From a virus: a stretch of DNA of 64,000 nucleotides. Each line of letters starts with the position of its first letter. Within the stretch, counting starts at the first letter, position 1. This document shows positions 27,284-35,487 of the stretch, piece after piece. The position numbers and the translations under genes are program-made. The stretch is from IMG/VR virus record IMGVR_UViG_3300043449_002688, positions 32,001-96,000 of that record. One strand, written 5' to 3'. The notes beneath the pieces are model-generated. The model saw only the letters and a list, made by a program, of their open reading frames with translations. It was not told where the DNA came from and did no database searches.

Positions 27284-27473
27284 ACAAGCTTTTAAAGATT
27301 TGGATTTAGCAAGATCAGCTATGTGGGAAGCTGTCCAAAATACTAATATGGCAAAAGATGCAATAGTTGAAGCAAAAGTTGCAGATGCTCGTGCTCATAT
27401 TAAAGATTTAGTTGCTAGATTAGATGAAATGAATGTACAAATTCAAAATATTAAAAATAAATCAAACGAATAA
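27249..27473 (+). CDS. Hypothetical protein
   Basis: GGAG RBS; helical. Confidence 0.6.
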   Translation: MFTYQMVQIYLEQAFKDLDLARSAMWEAVQNTNMAKDAIVEAKVADARAHIKDLVARLDEMNVQIQNIKNKSNE

Positions 27474-27785
27474 TTAATCTACATGAACGTATTCAACATC
27501 TTCTTTGTCGCACCACTTGCAAAACCTTCTATGTCTATTAAATAACAAAATAACGCTCCAAACGTGATAGCAAGCTTCTTGTTTTTCAAAAAGCTTCTTT
27601 TGAAGATCAGTAAATTTTTTACCTTCTTCAATTGACATGTTTGAACCTTTTTTCTTTAATTCTTTTAGCTCTTTTAAAATCTCAGATACTTCAGATTGCT
27701 CCCAAGAAGTTAAACTGTGTTCTTGGCTATCATTACAATCCCAATCTTCTTCGCTTCCCCACATATCAATCAAGTTTTTTGTCAT
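27474..27785 (-). CDS. Hypothetical protein with C/H cluster
   Basis: Likely start MTKNLIDMW at 27785; CYHVW..CKWC. Confidence 0.55.
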   Translation of the reverse strand: MTKNLIDMWGSEEDWDCNDSQEHSLTSWEQSEVSEILKELKELKKKGSNMSIEEGKKFTDLQKKLFEKQEACYHVWSVILLFNRHRRFCKWCDKEDVEYVHVD

Positions 27786-28212
27786 ATTTACCGTCCCATA
27801 TATTAGGATTGCATGGAGGCTTTGTTGAAGGTATAAAAACTCTTTTATTTGATTTTGGTGGATATATTTGAAAATGGACCCAAGACCCACATCCATTTGT
27901 CCACCTGATATCTTCAATCCAAAGTCCAGCATCTTTTATAATTTCTAAATTATTTATAACCCATTTAGCAAAATCTCCAGAGTCGTTATCATCTATATCT
28001 ATAGCTGCCCCTTTATAATGCCAAGAGGTAGGCGACCCACCTTTTGGTGCATCCTGCGGTCTCCTATACCCATCATTTACCTTCATTGGTTTGCCATAAG
28101 CAGATCTAACTATATTTATTCTTTGTAAAAGAATTTGCAAATTTTTTTGAATTTCTTCAGAAAGATCTTCTAATTTAGCTCTATTCATTAAAATTTCTTT
28201 CATTATTATCAT
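27766..28212 (-). CDS. Peptidase M15 family endolysin
   Basis: VNDGYR, SWHYKGAAIDI, WVHFQ; preceded by late motif. Confidence 0.8.
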   Translation of the reverse strand: MIIMKEILMNRAKLEDLSEEIQKNLQILLQRINIVRSAYGKPMKVNDGYRRPQDAPKGGSPTSWHYKGAAIDIDDNDSGDFAKWVINNLEIIKDAGLWIEDIRWTNGCGSWVHFQIYPPKSNKRVFIPSTKPPCNPNIWDGKYDKKLD

Positions 28213-28244
28213 AAAACACCTTTAATAACAAATATTTACAAAAA

Positions 28245-28256
28245 AGATTAGGATTA
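28245..28256 (-). promoter_or_regulatory. Late-promoter-like motif
   Basis: TAATCCTAATCT upstream of endolysin. Confidence 0.6.
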
Positions 28257-28258
28257 TA

Positions 28259-28287
28259 TTGATTTAATAAAAAAACATTGATAGACT
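28259..28287 (+). promoter_or_regulatory. Sigma70-type extended -10 promoter candidate
   Basis: TTGATT-17 bp-TAGACT with TG upstream of -10. Confidence 0.5.
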
Positions 28288-28303
28288 GAACAATAGAGGT
28301 TTT

Positions 28304-28534
28304 ATGCGTATCATATTTTTAGCACTTATTTTGTTCTTCTATTCTCCTAATGCTATTTCCTGCGAAATAGATATAGATATTTTACAAGGAAAAACCTTAA
28401 AAGAATCTATTGTTGTTATTCGTATTAACGAAAAAAGATATGAAAAAACTTTAAAAATAGATAAAACAACTGAAAGTCAAATTTTTGATTGGGCAGAAAA
28501 AACTTTTAGCGAGGAATGTAATGAAGCACTTTAA
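28304..28534 (+). CDS. Small protein with signal peptide
   Basis: Hydrophobic N-terminus; GAGG RBS. Confidence 0.6.
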   Translation: MRIIFLALILFFYSPNAISCEIDIDILQGKTLKESIVVIRINEKRYEKTLKIDKTTESQIFDWAEKTFSEECNEAL

Positions 28535-28988
28535 GGTATTAAAACATCCAAACCCAAAACTAAAACAAGTAGCAGAACCTGTTGAAACTTTTAATGAAGA
28601 ACTTAAGAATACCGTACTAAGGATGATTAATACGGTAAAAAAAGAAGGCGGGATTGGCCTTGCCGGTAATCAAGTAGGCGTATTGCAGCGTATCATTATT
28701 ATCGATACCCTTAAGGCTGATAAATCTAGAGGTTTTTTTGGAGCTTTAATAAATCCTACTATTGTTTCAAAAGCTCTTGATAAAACTGTTTACCCTGAAG
28801 GATGTTTAAGTTTTCCTAATGCTCAATATTGGGTTGAAAGAAACAATGCTATTGTAGTAAAGTTTCAAAATGTTATGGGAGCAGTTCAAGAAAGGGAATT
28901 TAAGGGCATCACGTCAATTTGTATTCAGCATGAAATAGATCATTTAAATGGTGTTACTTTTGATACCAAAGCTCAAATTTTATTGTGA
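28521..28988 (+). CDS. def: Peptide deformylase
   Basis: GIGLAGNQ, EGCLS, QHEIDHLNG. Confidence 0.95.
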   Translation: MKHFKVLKHPNPKLKQVAEPVETFNEELKNTVLRMINTVKKEGGIGLAGNQVGVLQRIIIIDTLKADKSRGFFGALINPTIVSKALDKTVYPEGCLSFPNAQYWVERNNAIVVKFQNVMGAVQEREFKGITSICIQHEIDHLNGVTFDTKAQILL

Positions 28989-28994
28989 GTAAAA

Positions 28995-29771
28995 ATGAAA
29001 TACGACAAAAACTTTGTTTTAAATATGAAAAAAGCAGGTAAACTTGCTGCGAAAGTTTTAAATGAAGTGGTTCGTCATGCAAAAAAAGGTGTTACCACTA
29101 ACGAATTAGATCAAATTGCATACGAACATACTCTTTCTCTTGGCGCAGAAGCAGCATGCCTTGGGTATAAAGGTTATCCAAAAACCATATGTACTTCTAT
29201 TAATGATATTCTTTGCCATGGCGTTCCTGATGACACAAAATTAAAAGACGGAGATATAATTAATATTGATGTAACAATTAGATTACCTTCAGGTCATCAT
29301 GGCGATACTTCTATAACTGTTTATATTGATGGAGAAGAAGCGGATTCCGATAAGACACAAAAGCTTGAATTAATATCTTTAGCAAAACAAGCAAGAGATG
29401 CAGGAATTGCGGCTGTAAGGCCAAAAGGTACGGTAGGCGATATTGGATTTATGACATATAACGCTATTAATAAGTATAAAGGAAAATATGCTGCTGCTGC
29501 AGATATTGGTGGACATGGAATTGGCAAAAAATTTCATGATCATCCTTTTGTACCGCCGACTGGCACTTGGGGAGATGGCTTTATTCTTAGGCCCTGGACA
29601 TGCATTACAGTTGAGCCAATAGTAGTTGATGGCAATCCTGCCTATTCGTCTCATAAGATTGAAAACTCAGAGATAGTGTTATTTAAAACATTAAGCGGTA
29701 AAAATGCTTGCCAATTTGAGCACACTGTATTAGTAACTGACGTAGGTTATGAAATTTTAACTTTGGAGTAA
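28995..29771 (+). CDS. map: Methionine aminopeptidase type I
   Basis: CTSINDILCHGVP, INIDVT, HGDTS, GHGIG..FH, TVEP, QFEHT. Confidence 0.95.
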   Translation: MKYDKNFVLNMKKAGKLAAKVLNEVVRHAKKGVTTNELDQIAYEHTLSLGAEAACLGYKGYPKTICTSINDILCHGVPDDTKLKDGDIINIDVTIRLPSGHHGDTSITVYIDGEEADSDKTQKLELISLAKQARDAGIAAVRPKGTVGDIGFMTYNAINKYKGKYAAAADIGGHGIGKKFHDHPFVPPTGTWGDGFILRPWTCITVEPIVVDGNPAYSSHKIENSEIVLFKTLSGKNACQFEHTVLVTDVGYEILTLE

Positions 29772-29773
29772 TT

Positions 29774-30334
29774 ATGAATCCAAATATTGTATCTTTTTTT
29801 TCAAAAGCATTATCTTCATACGAATACCATTTAAGAACTTTAGTTGATCCTTCTATAGAAAGATATGTATATGATGGCGTTCATTGCCCAACAGGAAAAT
29901 ATAAATATTATATCATAGGCACACCAGCAATATTCTCTATTTTAACAAAGCATTTAACTATTAGGTTAGAAATGAGAGATACGATTCATTTAGACAATCA
30001 TTTGAAAAATCACACTCATTTTATTGGAATGTTTGTGTATCATGAAGATTCAGACAGAATCCATGTTTCCGCTTGCAGAGATTTTAAAACTGGGGATAGA
30101 GCAGCAACTGTTGTTTCAGATGAAATTAACGATTTTGTATATAAGGCGAATCTTTTGTACGGCAACTCTCCGGTTCAATTGCCGTTAGGTTTTTCTCAAA
30201 AAAACTTTAACGATGAACAGCCATCAAAGCCTGTAAAAACTTCTAAATGTGATTGCGGAGCTTTTGTTTTAGGTTATAAAGATTCAGACGATTATGCACA
30301 TTCTAGATGGTGCAGTGCCTTAAATAAAGGCTAA
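29774..30334 (+). CDS. Hypothetical protein with C-terminal CDCG..HSRWC motif
   Basis: ORF in operon. Confidence 0.65.
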   Translation: MNPNIVSFFSKALSSYEYHLRTLVDPSIERYVYDGVHCPTGKYKYYIIGTPAIFSILTKHLTIRLEMRDTIHLDNHLKNHTHFIGMFVYHEDSDRIHVSACRDFKTGDRAATVVSDEINDFVYKANLLYGNSPVQLPLGFSQKNFNDEQPSKPVKTSKCDCGAFVLGYKDSDDYAHSRWCSALNKG

Positions 30335-30606
30335 AAAGTCCAGATGACCTTAACTGTAGGGTCATCTTTTGCTTTTACAACTAAAGAAAAATTATTGTTA
30401 ATGCCAATAGAAGCTTCTTGAGCCACAGCAGCTCCAATAATTGGAGCTGCAATTTTTACTACGGCATAATCTATCTTCTTTTCAATTTTTCTTTTAGCTT
30501 GTTCTAATTCTTGCACAAATTCAGGGTTATATGCATAGTATGCTGGCGTAACCTTTTCGCAAAGGCCATTAATACAAGCTGCAACAATACCTATTTCTAA
30601 GATCAT
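30331..30606 (-). CDS. Hypothetical membrane/secreted protein
   Basis: ATGA overlap; hydrophobic segments; ends VIWTF. Confidence 0.55.
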   Translation of the reverse strand: MILEIGIVAACINGLCEKVTPAYYAYNPEFVQELEQAKRKIEKKIDYAVVKIAAPIIGAAVAQEASIGINNNFSLVVKAKDDPTVKVIWTF

Positions 30607-31259
30607 TTAGCTTTCCTTGTAAGAATAAATGCAGTTGCTTTTGCGGTAGACTGAGATGTTCCACTAAGAGTAACACCAAATCCAGTTTGATCTTCTCCAT
30701 TCAAAGTAACATCCACAATCTTGCCTTTGTTGGAGGATTTATGATAAACCCCTGCTAACCCATTTCCTACAACTACAATTCGTTTGTCTAAGCAAGCTGG
30801 ATAATAGTTGCATTTTTTATTTAAATCAAAAGACTCGTTGCCTGCTGCCACAACAATAATAGTTCCAGAATCTAATAGTTTTTTTAAAAGCTGATATTCT
30901 TTTGCCCATATTACATTGCCACCAGCAGAAATATTTAAAATATCTGGTTTATCTTTTGCAATTTCAGCTAAAGCATTCATGTAAGATTTAAAATTCCCAT
31001 CTTTGCTTTTTTTAGAAAAACCTTTATAAATGTTTATACAATAATCTATTTTTTTTGGAGTATTTTCAATAATTAATCCAACAACATTTGTGCCATGTTC
31101 AGAATTTTCCCATAATTTTTCATTAGTAAAATTTTTTGTTTTGCAAATTTTTTTATTATGCATATGCTTAGAGCTAATTCCGCTGTCCAAAACAGCAACT
31201 TGAATTTTTGCAAAACAAACAACAGGCATTAAAACAAATAATGATATTGATTTAATCAT
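30603..31259 (-). CDS. Subtilisin-like (S8) serine protease with signal peptide
   Basis: VAVLDSG, HGTNV, AAGNE, SGTSQST. Confidence 0.88.
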   Translation of the reverse strand: MIKSISLFVLMPVVCFAKIQVAVLDSGISSKHMHNKKICKTKNFTNEKLWENSEHGTNVVGLIIENTPKKIDYCINIYKGFSKKSKDGNFKSYMNALAEIAKDKPDILNISAGGNVIWAKEYQLLKKLLDSGTIIVVAAGNESFDLNKKCNYYPACLDKRIVVVGNGLAGVYHKSSNKGKIVDVTLNGEDQTGFGVTLSGTSQSTAKATAFILTRKAK

Positions 31260-31337
31260 ACTTAAAGAATACCACTTTGTTGACTTTAAATCAAATAAAT
31301 GGTCTAATATTAATACAACCCAAGGAAGGAGGGTAAA

Positions 31338-31730
31338 ATGTTCTCATCAGAGCTGTCTGCAAAAGAGCTAAAAGATATAACTAATATTTTAGAAAACCTT
31401 AAAGCTATTGGAATTGTTAGCGATTATGATATAACAAAAGGAAGTGTTAGTATTTGCGACACTTTTTCGGCCATCAGAAGGATGGAACGGCATGCCTTTA
31501 ATGCCTTTAAATTAGCTTTTCCGGATTCTATTATTAGAAAAACTGCCATAGATTTTTATTTAGCAAGCTTAATGAACAATAATCTCAAAATGGGACTAGA
31601 TAAAAATTCTATTATTTTAAGCATGTTACTCTCTTTAGAAAAAGAGAATCAAAATCAGTTTAAAGATCTTTCCAAAATACTAGTTAAAGAGTTTTCTCAT
31701 TACAATTTTGAAAAAATAAAACTTCAATGA
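31338..31730 (+). CDS. Hypothetical protein
   Basis: GGAGG RBS. Confidence 0.65.
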   Translation: MFSSELSAKELKDITNILENLKAIGIVSDYDITKGSVSICDTFSAIRRMERHAFNAFKLAFPDSIIRKTAIDFYLASLMNNNLKMGLDKNSIILSMLLSLEKENQNQFKDLSKILVKEFSHYNFEKIKLQ

Positions 31731-31739
31731 ATTTTTTAC

Positions 31740-31768
31740 TTGTATTAAAATAAAAACAATGCTATCCT
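31740..31768 (+). promoter_or_regulatory. Sigma70-type extended -10 promoter candidate
   Basis: TTGTAT-17 bp-TATCCT with TG upstream of -10. Confidence 0.45.
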
Positions 31769-31785
31769 TATTTTAAGGAGGCATT

Positions 31786-32052
31786 ATGGCTAAAATTAAT
31801 GTTATTTCTGATTCGCTGGGAAATGAATTTTATCAAGCTACTGCTAATCATGAAACTTTCGGTAAACTAAATGAAGTAAAGTTTCAAAGCAAAAAAAGCA
31901 AAGAAATAATAGATTTTTTGGTTCAATATAATGTAGAAAAATGTGAAGCTGAAAGAGCAATCGATCTTCTTGACATTGAAGGTCATAATGCTGCTATTTT
32001 TGGAGTCCTTGGTACTCTTATTTTGACTAAATACGAAGGCCAATCCCAGTGA
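31786..32052 (+). CDS. Hypothetical protein
   Basis: AAGGAGG RBS. Confidence 0.7.
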   Translation: MAKINVISDSLGNEFYQATANHETFGKLNEVKFQSKKSKEIIDFLVQYNVEKCEAERAIDLLDIEGHNAAIFGVLGTLILTKYEGQSQ

Positions 32053-32240
32053 TTCAAAATAAGATGCTGTTTCTAAGCATTGGGTTGTTTGTTCTTTTAG
32101 CAGACTTTATGCTAACAATAGCAATATTAACTTTGCTTAAAACTCCTAATAATTTAATTATTCCAATTGCTATTTTTGGAAATATTGGCGCTATAATTTT
32201 ATTGTATCACAAAACAAAAAACGGAGGATCAAATGAATAA
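32049..32240 (+). CDS. Small two-TM membrane protein
   Basis: Two hydrophobic helices; GTGA overlap. Confidence 0.6.
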   Translation: MIQNKMLFLSIGLFVLLADFMLTIAILTLLKTPNNLIIPIAIFGNIGAIILLYHKTKNGGSNE

Positions 32241-32565
32241 ATTTATGGATTTTGACGAAGAAGAAGTGGTTTTGCCGGTAGGAAAAGCAATGAGCGCAGT
32301 AAGTGTAAATGCGGCAAAAGCAAATGATTTGGTAACAGAAAGCAAAAATGTAATGCCTACTGTTAAATCGCAAGATTTGGTTTCATTAGCTGAAATGGAA
32401 CGAATGCATATTATGAATGTATTAAATCATACAAATGGCAATAAATCAGAAGCTGCCAAAATTTTAGGTATTACGATTAAATCAGTTTATAATAAACTGC
32501 ATGAATATGAAAGCGCTGGGCATGCGCTTGGCGTTGCTGCTATTAATGCTAAATCAAGCAAATAA
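32233..32565 (+). CDS. Stand-alone Fis/NtrC-type HTH_8 DNA-binding protein
   Basis: SLAEMERMHIMNVLNHTNGNKSEAAKILGITIKSVYNKL. Confidence 0.8.
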   Translation: MNKFMDFDEEEVVLPVGKAMSAVSVNAAKANDLVTESKNVMPTVKSQDLVSLAEMERMHIMNVLNHTNGNKSEAAKILGITIKSVYNKLHEYESAGHALGVAAINAKSSK

Positions 32566-32575
32566 GTTTTAACAT

Positions 32576-32620
32576 AAAGCCTATACTAGCAAAAATAACG
32601 CAGTATAGGCTTTTGCTTTT
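32576..32620. terminator. Intrinsic terminator between convergent genes
   Basis: AAAGCCTATACT...AGTATAGGCTTT hairpin with T tract. Confidence 0.7.
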
Positions 32621-32627
32621 TAATCAA

Positions 32628-35321
32628 TTATTCTACAGGTCCAAGTCTTATCGCTACACCAGTTCTAGCATTTACAGTAAGAACGCCAGTAGTAACTTTT
32701 ACGTAAACTCTTAACTGTTCCGTTCCGTTAAAATCTATAGTCCCTAAAGTGTTTAACCCTAAAGTAAAGTTAGAAGCAACCGACTGAACAACCCTTTCTG
32801 TATTGGTTATAATTGTGCCATCTTTATATAAAGCTACATAGTTGAGAGAGTTGTTGTTTGTAGATGTCGCTGAACAATTAAAAAATACAGCGTATTTACC
32901 TGCGGCTGGAGTTACAACGAAATCGGTTATTTGCTGATAAGTATTTGTTGCAGTAGTTGCGAAAGCCGTTGTTGCGCTTGCATTATAGTTTGAGATACCA
33001 GCAGCTTGAGCAACTTCCACAGAAAAAGGAGAATACATACCTTTTTGAGTAGAGTTGTCTTGTAAAATCAAAGATGAAACAGATTCTGAACTTAAAATTC
33101 CAATTGTTGTTCCATCAAAATACTTTAAAGTAATTGGGCTTGGAGTTCTGTTATAAATTTCATAATTAGTTCCAATATCTAAAGTTGTTGAATCAGGAAA
33201 AACTACGCTAAAGTTTGCAGCAGTTCCAGTTAAAAAGTGAACGCTAGAAGAAGAATTGGATAAATTTAAAGTGCCGCTATTTGTTACCGTAGTAAATGTA
33301 GGAGTTGTAACCAAAATCTTTTTAACAGATTTATTTATACTTGTTATATTAAAGTTATTTAAATTTAAACTTCCAGACATTGAACGAGTACCGTCCAATT
33401 TTAAGAAAGTTAAATCTTCTGCAATTCTAGAACTTGCTTCTGCAGAAACTGCAGTAGCTAAGCTAGAATCAGCAGAAATTCTAGCAGATGTTTCACTTGA
33501 AATTTTTGAATCTAAACTTGAATCAGCAGAAATTCTTGAAGAAACTTCAGTCGAAACAGATGCAGAGATATCAGCTATAGAATAACCATTTATCGTATTA
33601 ACATTTGTAATATTGTTAGAGTTCATGTTTAAATGGCCGCCCATTGGACGAGTACCATCAATTAAAAGATACTGAGTGTGGTCGTCATTTCCTAGGCCAG
33701 AAAGGTTAGCATGATCTCCGTTAAATACTGAAGCTGAAACTTGCCTATCGGCTCCCCAACGAATATCTAAGACAGATTTCATTGCTGCTTTAGGTGTGTT
33801 GGTGTAAGCAGAAGAAGTTTCATAAAACAAAAGATATAAAAGCTTCATTTCTTGAGCAGGAAGATCGCCAAAGCTAATTTTATCCCATGTACCATTTGCT
33901 TTAGCATCATCTAAATCAGAAAACTCAGCTTGACCAAGCAAAGCTATTACTGGTTCCTCTACATTTGTTGTAGCAAAAATATAACTAACTAAATATTTTC
34001 CATCAGCAGAAGCATCTTCTAAAGACCAAACCCCTGCTGTATTTTTATTGTATTGCGCCCTAACAGTGCCTTGGGACATAGGAAATTCTGTAGCTGTAGC
34101 TCTTTTCCATTCTGAGCCAACTCTATAAACTACAGGAATATTTGCAATTGGACTTAAAATTTGTTGAAACGGAGCAGAAGGCGAGGCGCTATTAGTAATA
34201 TTTACGGTTATGTCTTCGTCTCTGATTTGCATATCCGTAAGAGCTATTTGTGTATCAGAATCCGCAGTCCCATCCCCAGCTATATCAAAAGTAATTGATG
34301 CGCCAGAGCTAATCTGAGTGCCGCGAGTTGTATGTAAATAAGAATGCGTTGTACCGTCCATAGTAATTCCATGACGTTCTTCTCCAAATGCCACAGCTTG
34401 ATTGTCAGTAGAATTCCAATGGATAAAAGCAGTATAAGCAACTCCTGTTAAAAGAGCTGGATTAAAGGTTGTATAATAATCTAAAGCTCCGCTTGTATTG
34501 ATATATAAAAAATAATTTCCAGAAATATCGGGGATTTGTTTGGTCAAAGTAGTGGTAATTGTTTGTTTTACCCCTGAAGTATATATATCAAAGCTAGTAA
34601 TTGCTGGAGCAATAGAAAAAGTTCTTGTACTTTCATCAAAAGAAATAATAGACTGAGTTCGATCTGCGTGTCCAGTAGGTTCTTTCATGTCAACAAGAAC
34701 CGTCTTGTCTACTTTTTGATTTATTTCAGATTCAAGGCTAGAATCTGCGGCAAGACGTACTGATTCTTCCGTAGAAATACGAGTAGTTAAGCTAGAATCA
34801 GCAGAAACTCTAGCAGATGTTTCAGTAGAAAGGTCTAAAGTTAAACTTGCATCAGCAGAAGCTCTAGCAGATGTTTCAGTAGAAATTTTAGTATCAAGTG
34901 AACTATCTGCAGATACTCGTGCAGATGTTTCAGAAGAAATTAAAATAGAAACACTTGAGTCAGAAAAAATACGACTAGATTCTTCTGTAGAAATACGAGT
35001 AGTTAAACTAGAGTCGGCAGAAATTCGTGTAGATTCTTCTGCAGAGATTGCAGAAGCTAACGAGCTGTCCGAAGAGATCCTAACGGATTCTTCTGCAGAA
35101 ATTGCCGTAGCTAAACTTTCATCTGAAGAAACTCGTGCAGATGTTTCAGACGAAAGATCCATGCTAGTTTGGCCATTCAAAGCATGCCATTCGCCATTTT
35201 CATATCCATAAAATTTATCCGTTGTTTCATCGTAATAAATTTCACCATTTTGAGGATTAGAAGGGGCAGAAGTTGGTTTTAGCACCAACGATTTTGATAT
35301 TTTAAAACTATTTTTGCTCAT
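32628..35321 (-). CDS. Tail fibre-like virion protein with 18-residue coiled-coil repeats
   Basis: E-x-x-x-R-x-x-(A/S)D-x-x-L repeats; HANLSGLGNDDHTQYL; N-terminal PSNPQNGEIYYD. Confidence 0.7.
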   Translation of the reverse strand: MSKNSFKISKSLVLKPTSAPSNPQNGEIYYDETTDKFYGYENGEWHALNGQTSMDLSSETSARVSSDESLATAISAEESVRISSDSSLASAISAEESTRISADSSLTTRISTEESSRIFSDSSVSILISSETSARVSADSSLDTKISTETSARASADASLTLDLSTETSARVSADSSLTTRISTEESVRLAADSSLESEINQKVDKTVLVDMKEPTGHADRTQSIISFDESTRTFSIAPAITSFDIYTSGVKQTITTTLTKQIPDISGNYFLYINTSGALDYYTTFNPALLTGVAYTAFIHWNSTDNQAVAFGEERHGITMDGTTHSYLHTTRGTQISSGASITFDIAGDGTADSDTQIALTDMQIRDEDITVNITNSASPSAPFQQILSPIANIPVVYRVGSEWKRATATEFPMSQGTVRAQYNKNTAGVWSLEDASADGKYLVSYIFATTNVEEPVIALLGQAEFSDLDDAKANGTWDKISFGDLPAQEMKLLYLLFYETSSAYTNTPKAAMKSVLDIRWGADRQVSASVFNGDHANLSGLGNDDHTQYLLIDGTRPMGGHLNMNSNNITNVNTINGYSIADISASVSTEVSSRISADSSLDSKISSETSARISADSSLATAVSAEASSRIAEDLTFLKLDGTRSMSGSLNLNNFNITSINKSVKKILVTTPTFTTVTNSGTLNLSNSSSSVHFLTGTAANFSVVFPDSTTLDIGTNYEIYNRTPSPITLKYFDGTTIGILSSESVSSLILQDNSTQKGMYSPFSVEVAQAAGISNYNASATTAFATTATNTYQQITDFVVTPAAGKYAVFFNCSATSTNNNSLNYVALYKDGTIITNTERVVQSVASNFTLGLNTLGTIDFNGTEQLRVYVKVTTGVLTVNARTGVAIRLGPVE

Positions 35322-35359
35322 ATAATTCCTTTTTCACTATCCAAAGGCTTTATTAAAAA

Positions 35360-35371
35360 AGATTAGGGTTA
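35360..35371 (-). promoter_or_regulatory. Late-promoter-like motif
   Basis: TAACCCTAATCT upstream of ATG 35321. Confidence 0.65.
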
Positions 35372-35429
35372 TTAATAATATAACACTGTTTTTTTGTAAA
35401 TTAAAGATACCGTAAAATAAATATAACAA

Positions 35430-35460
35430 TAAAAAGGGCCTAAACTTTCGTTTAGACCCT
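35430..35460 (-). terminator. Intrinsic terminator
   Basis: - strand AGGGTCTAAAC-GAAA-GTTTAGGCCCT-TTTT. Confidence 0.75.
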
Positions 35461-35487
35461 GGAAAAGCTTAATAATTTTTTATTTTA

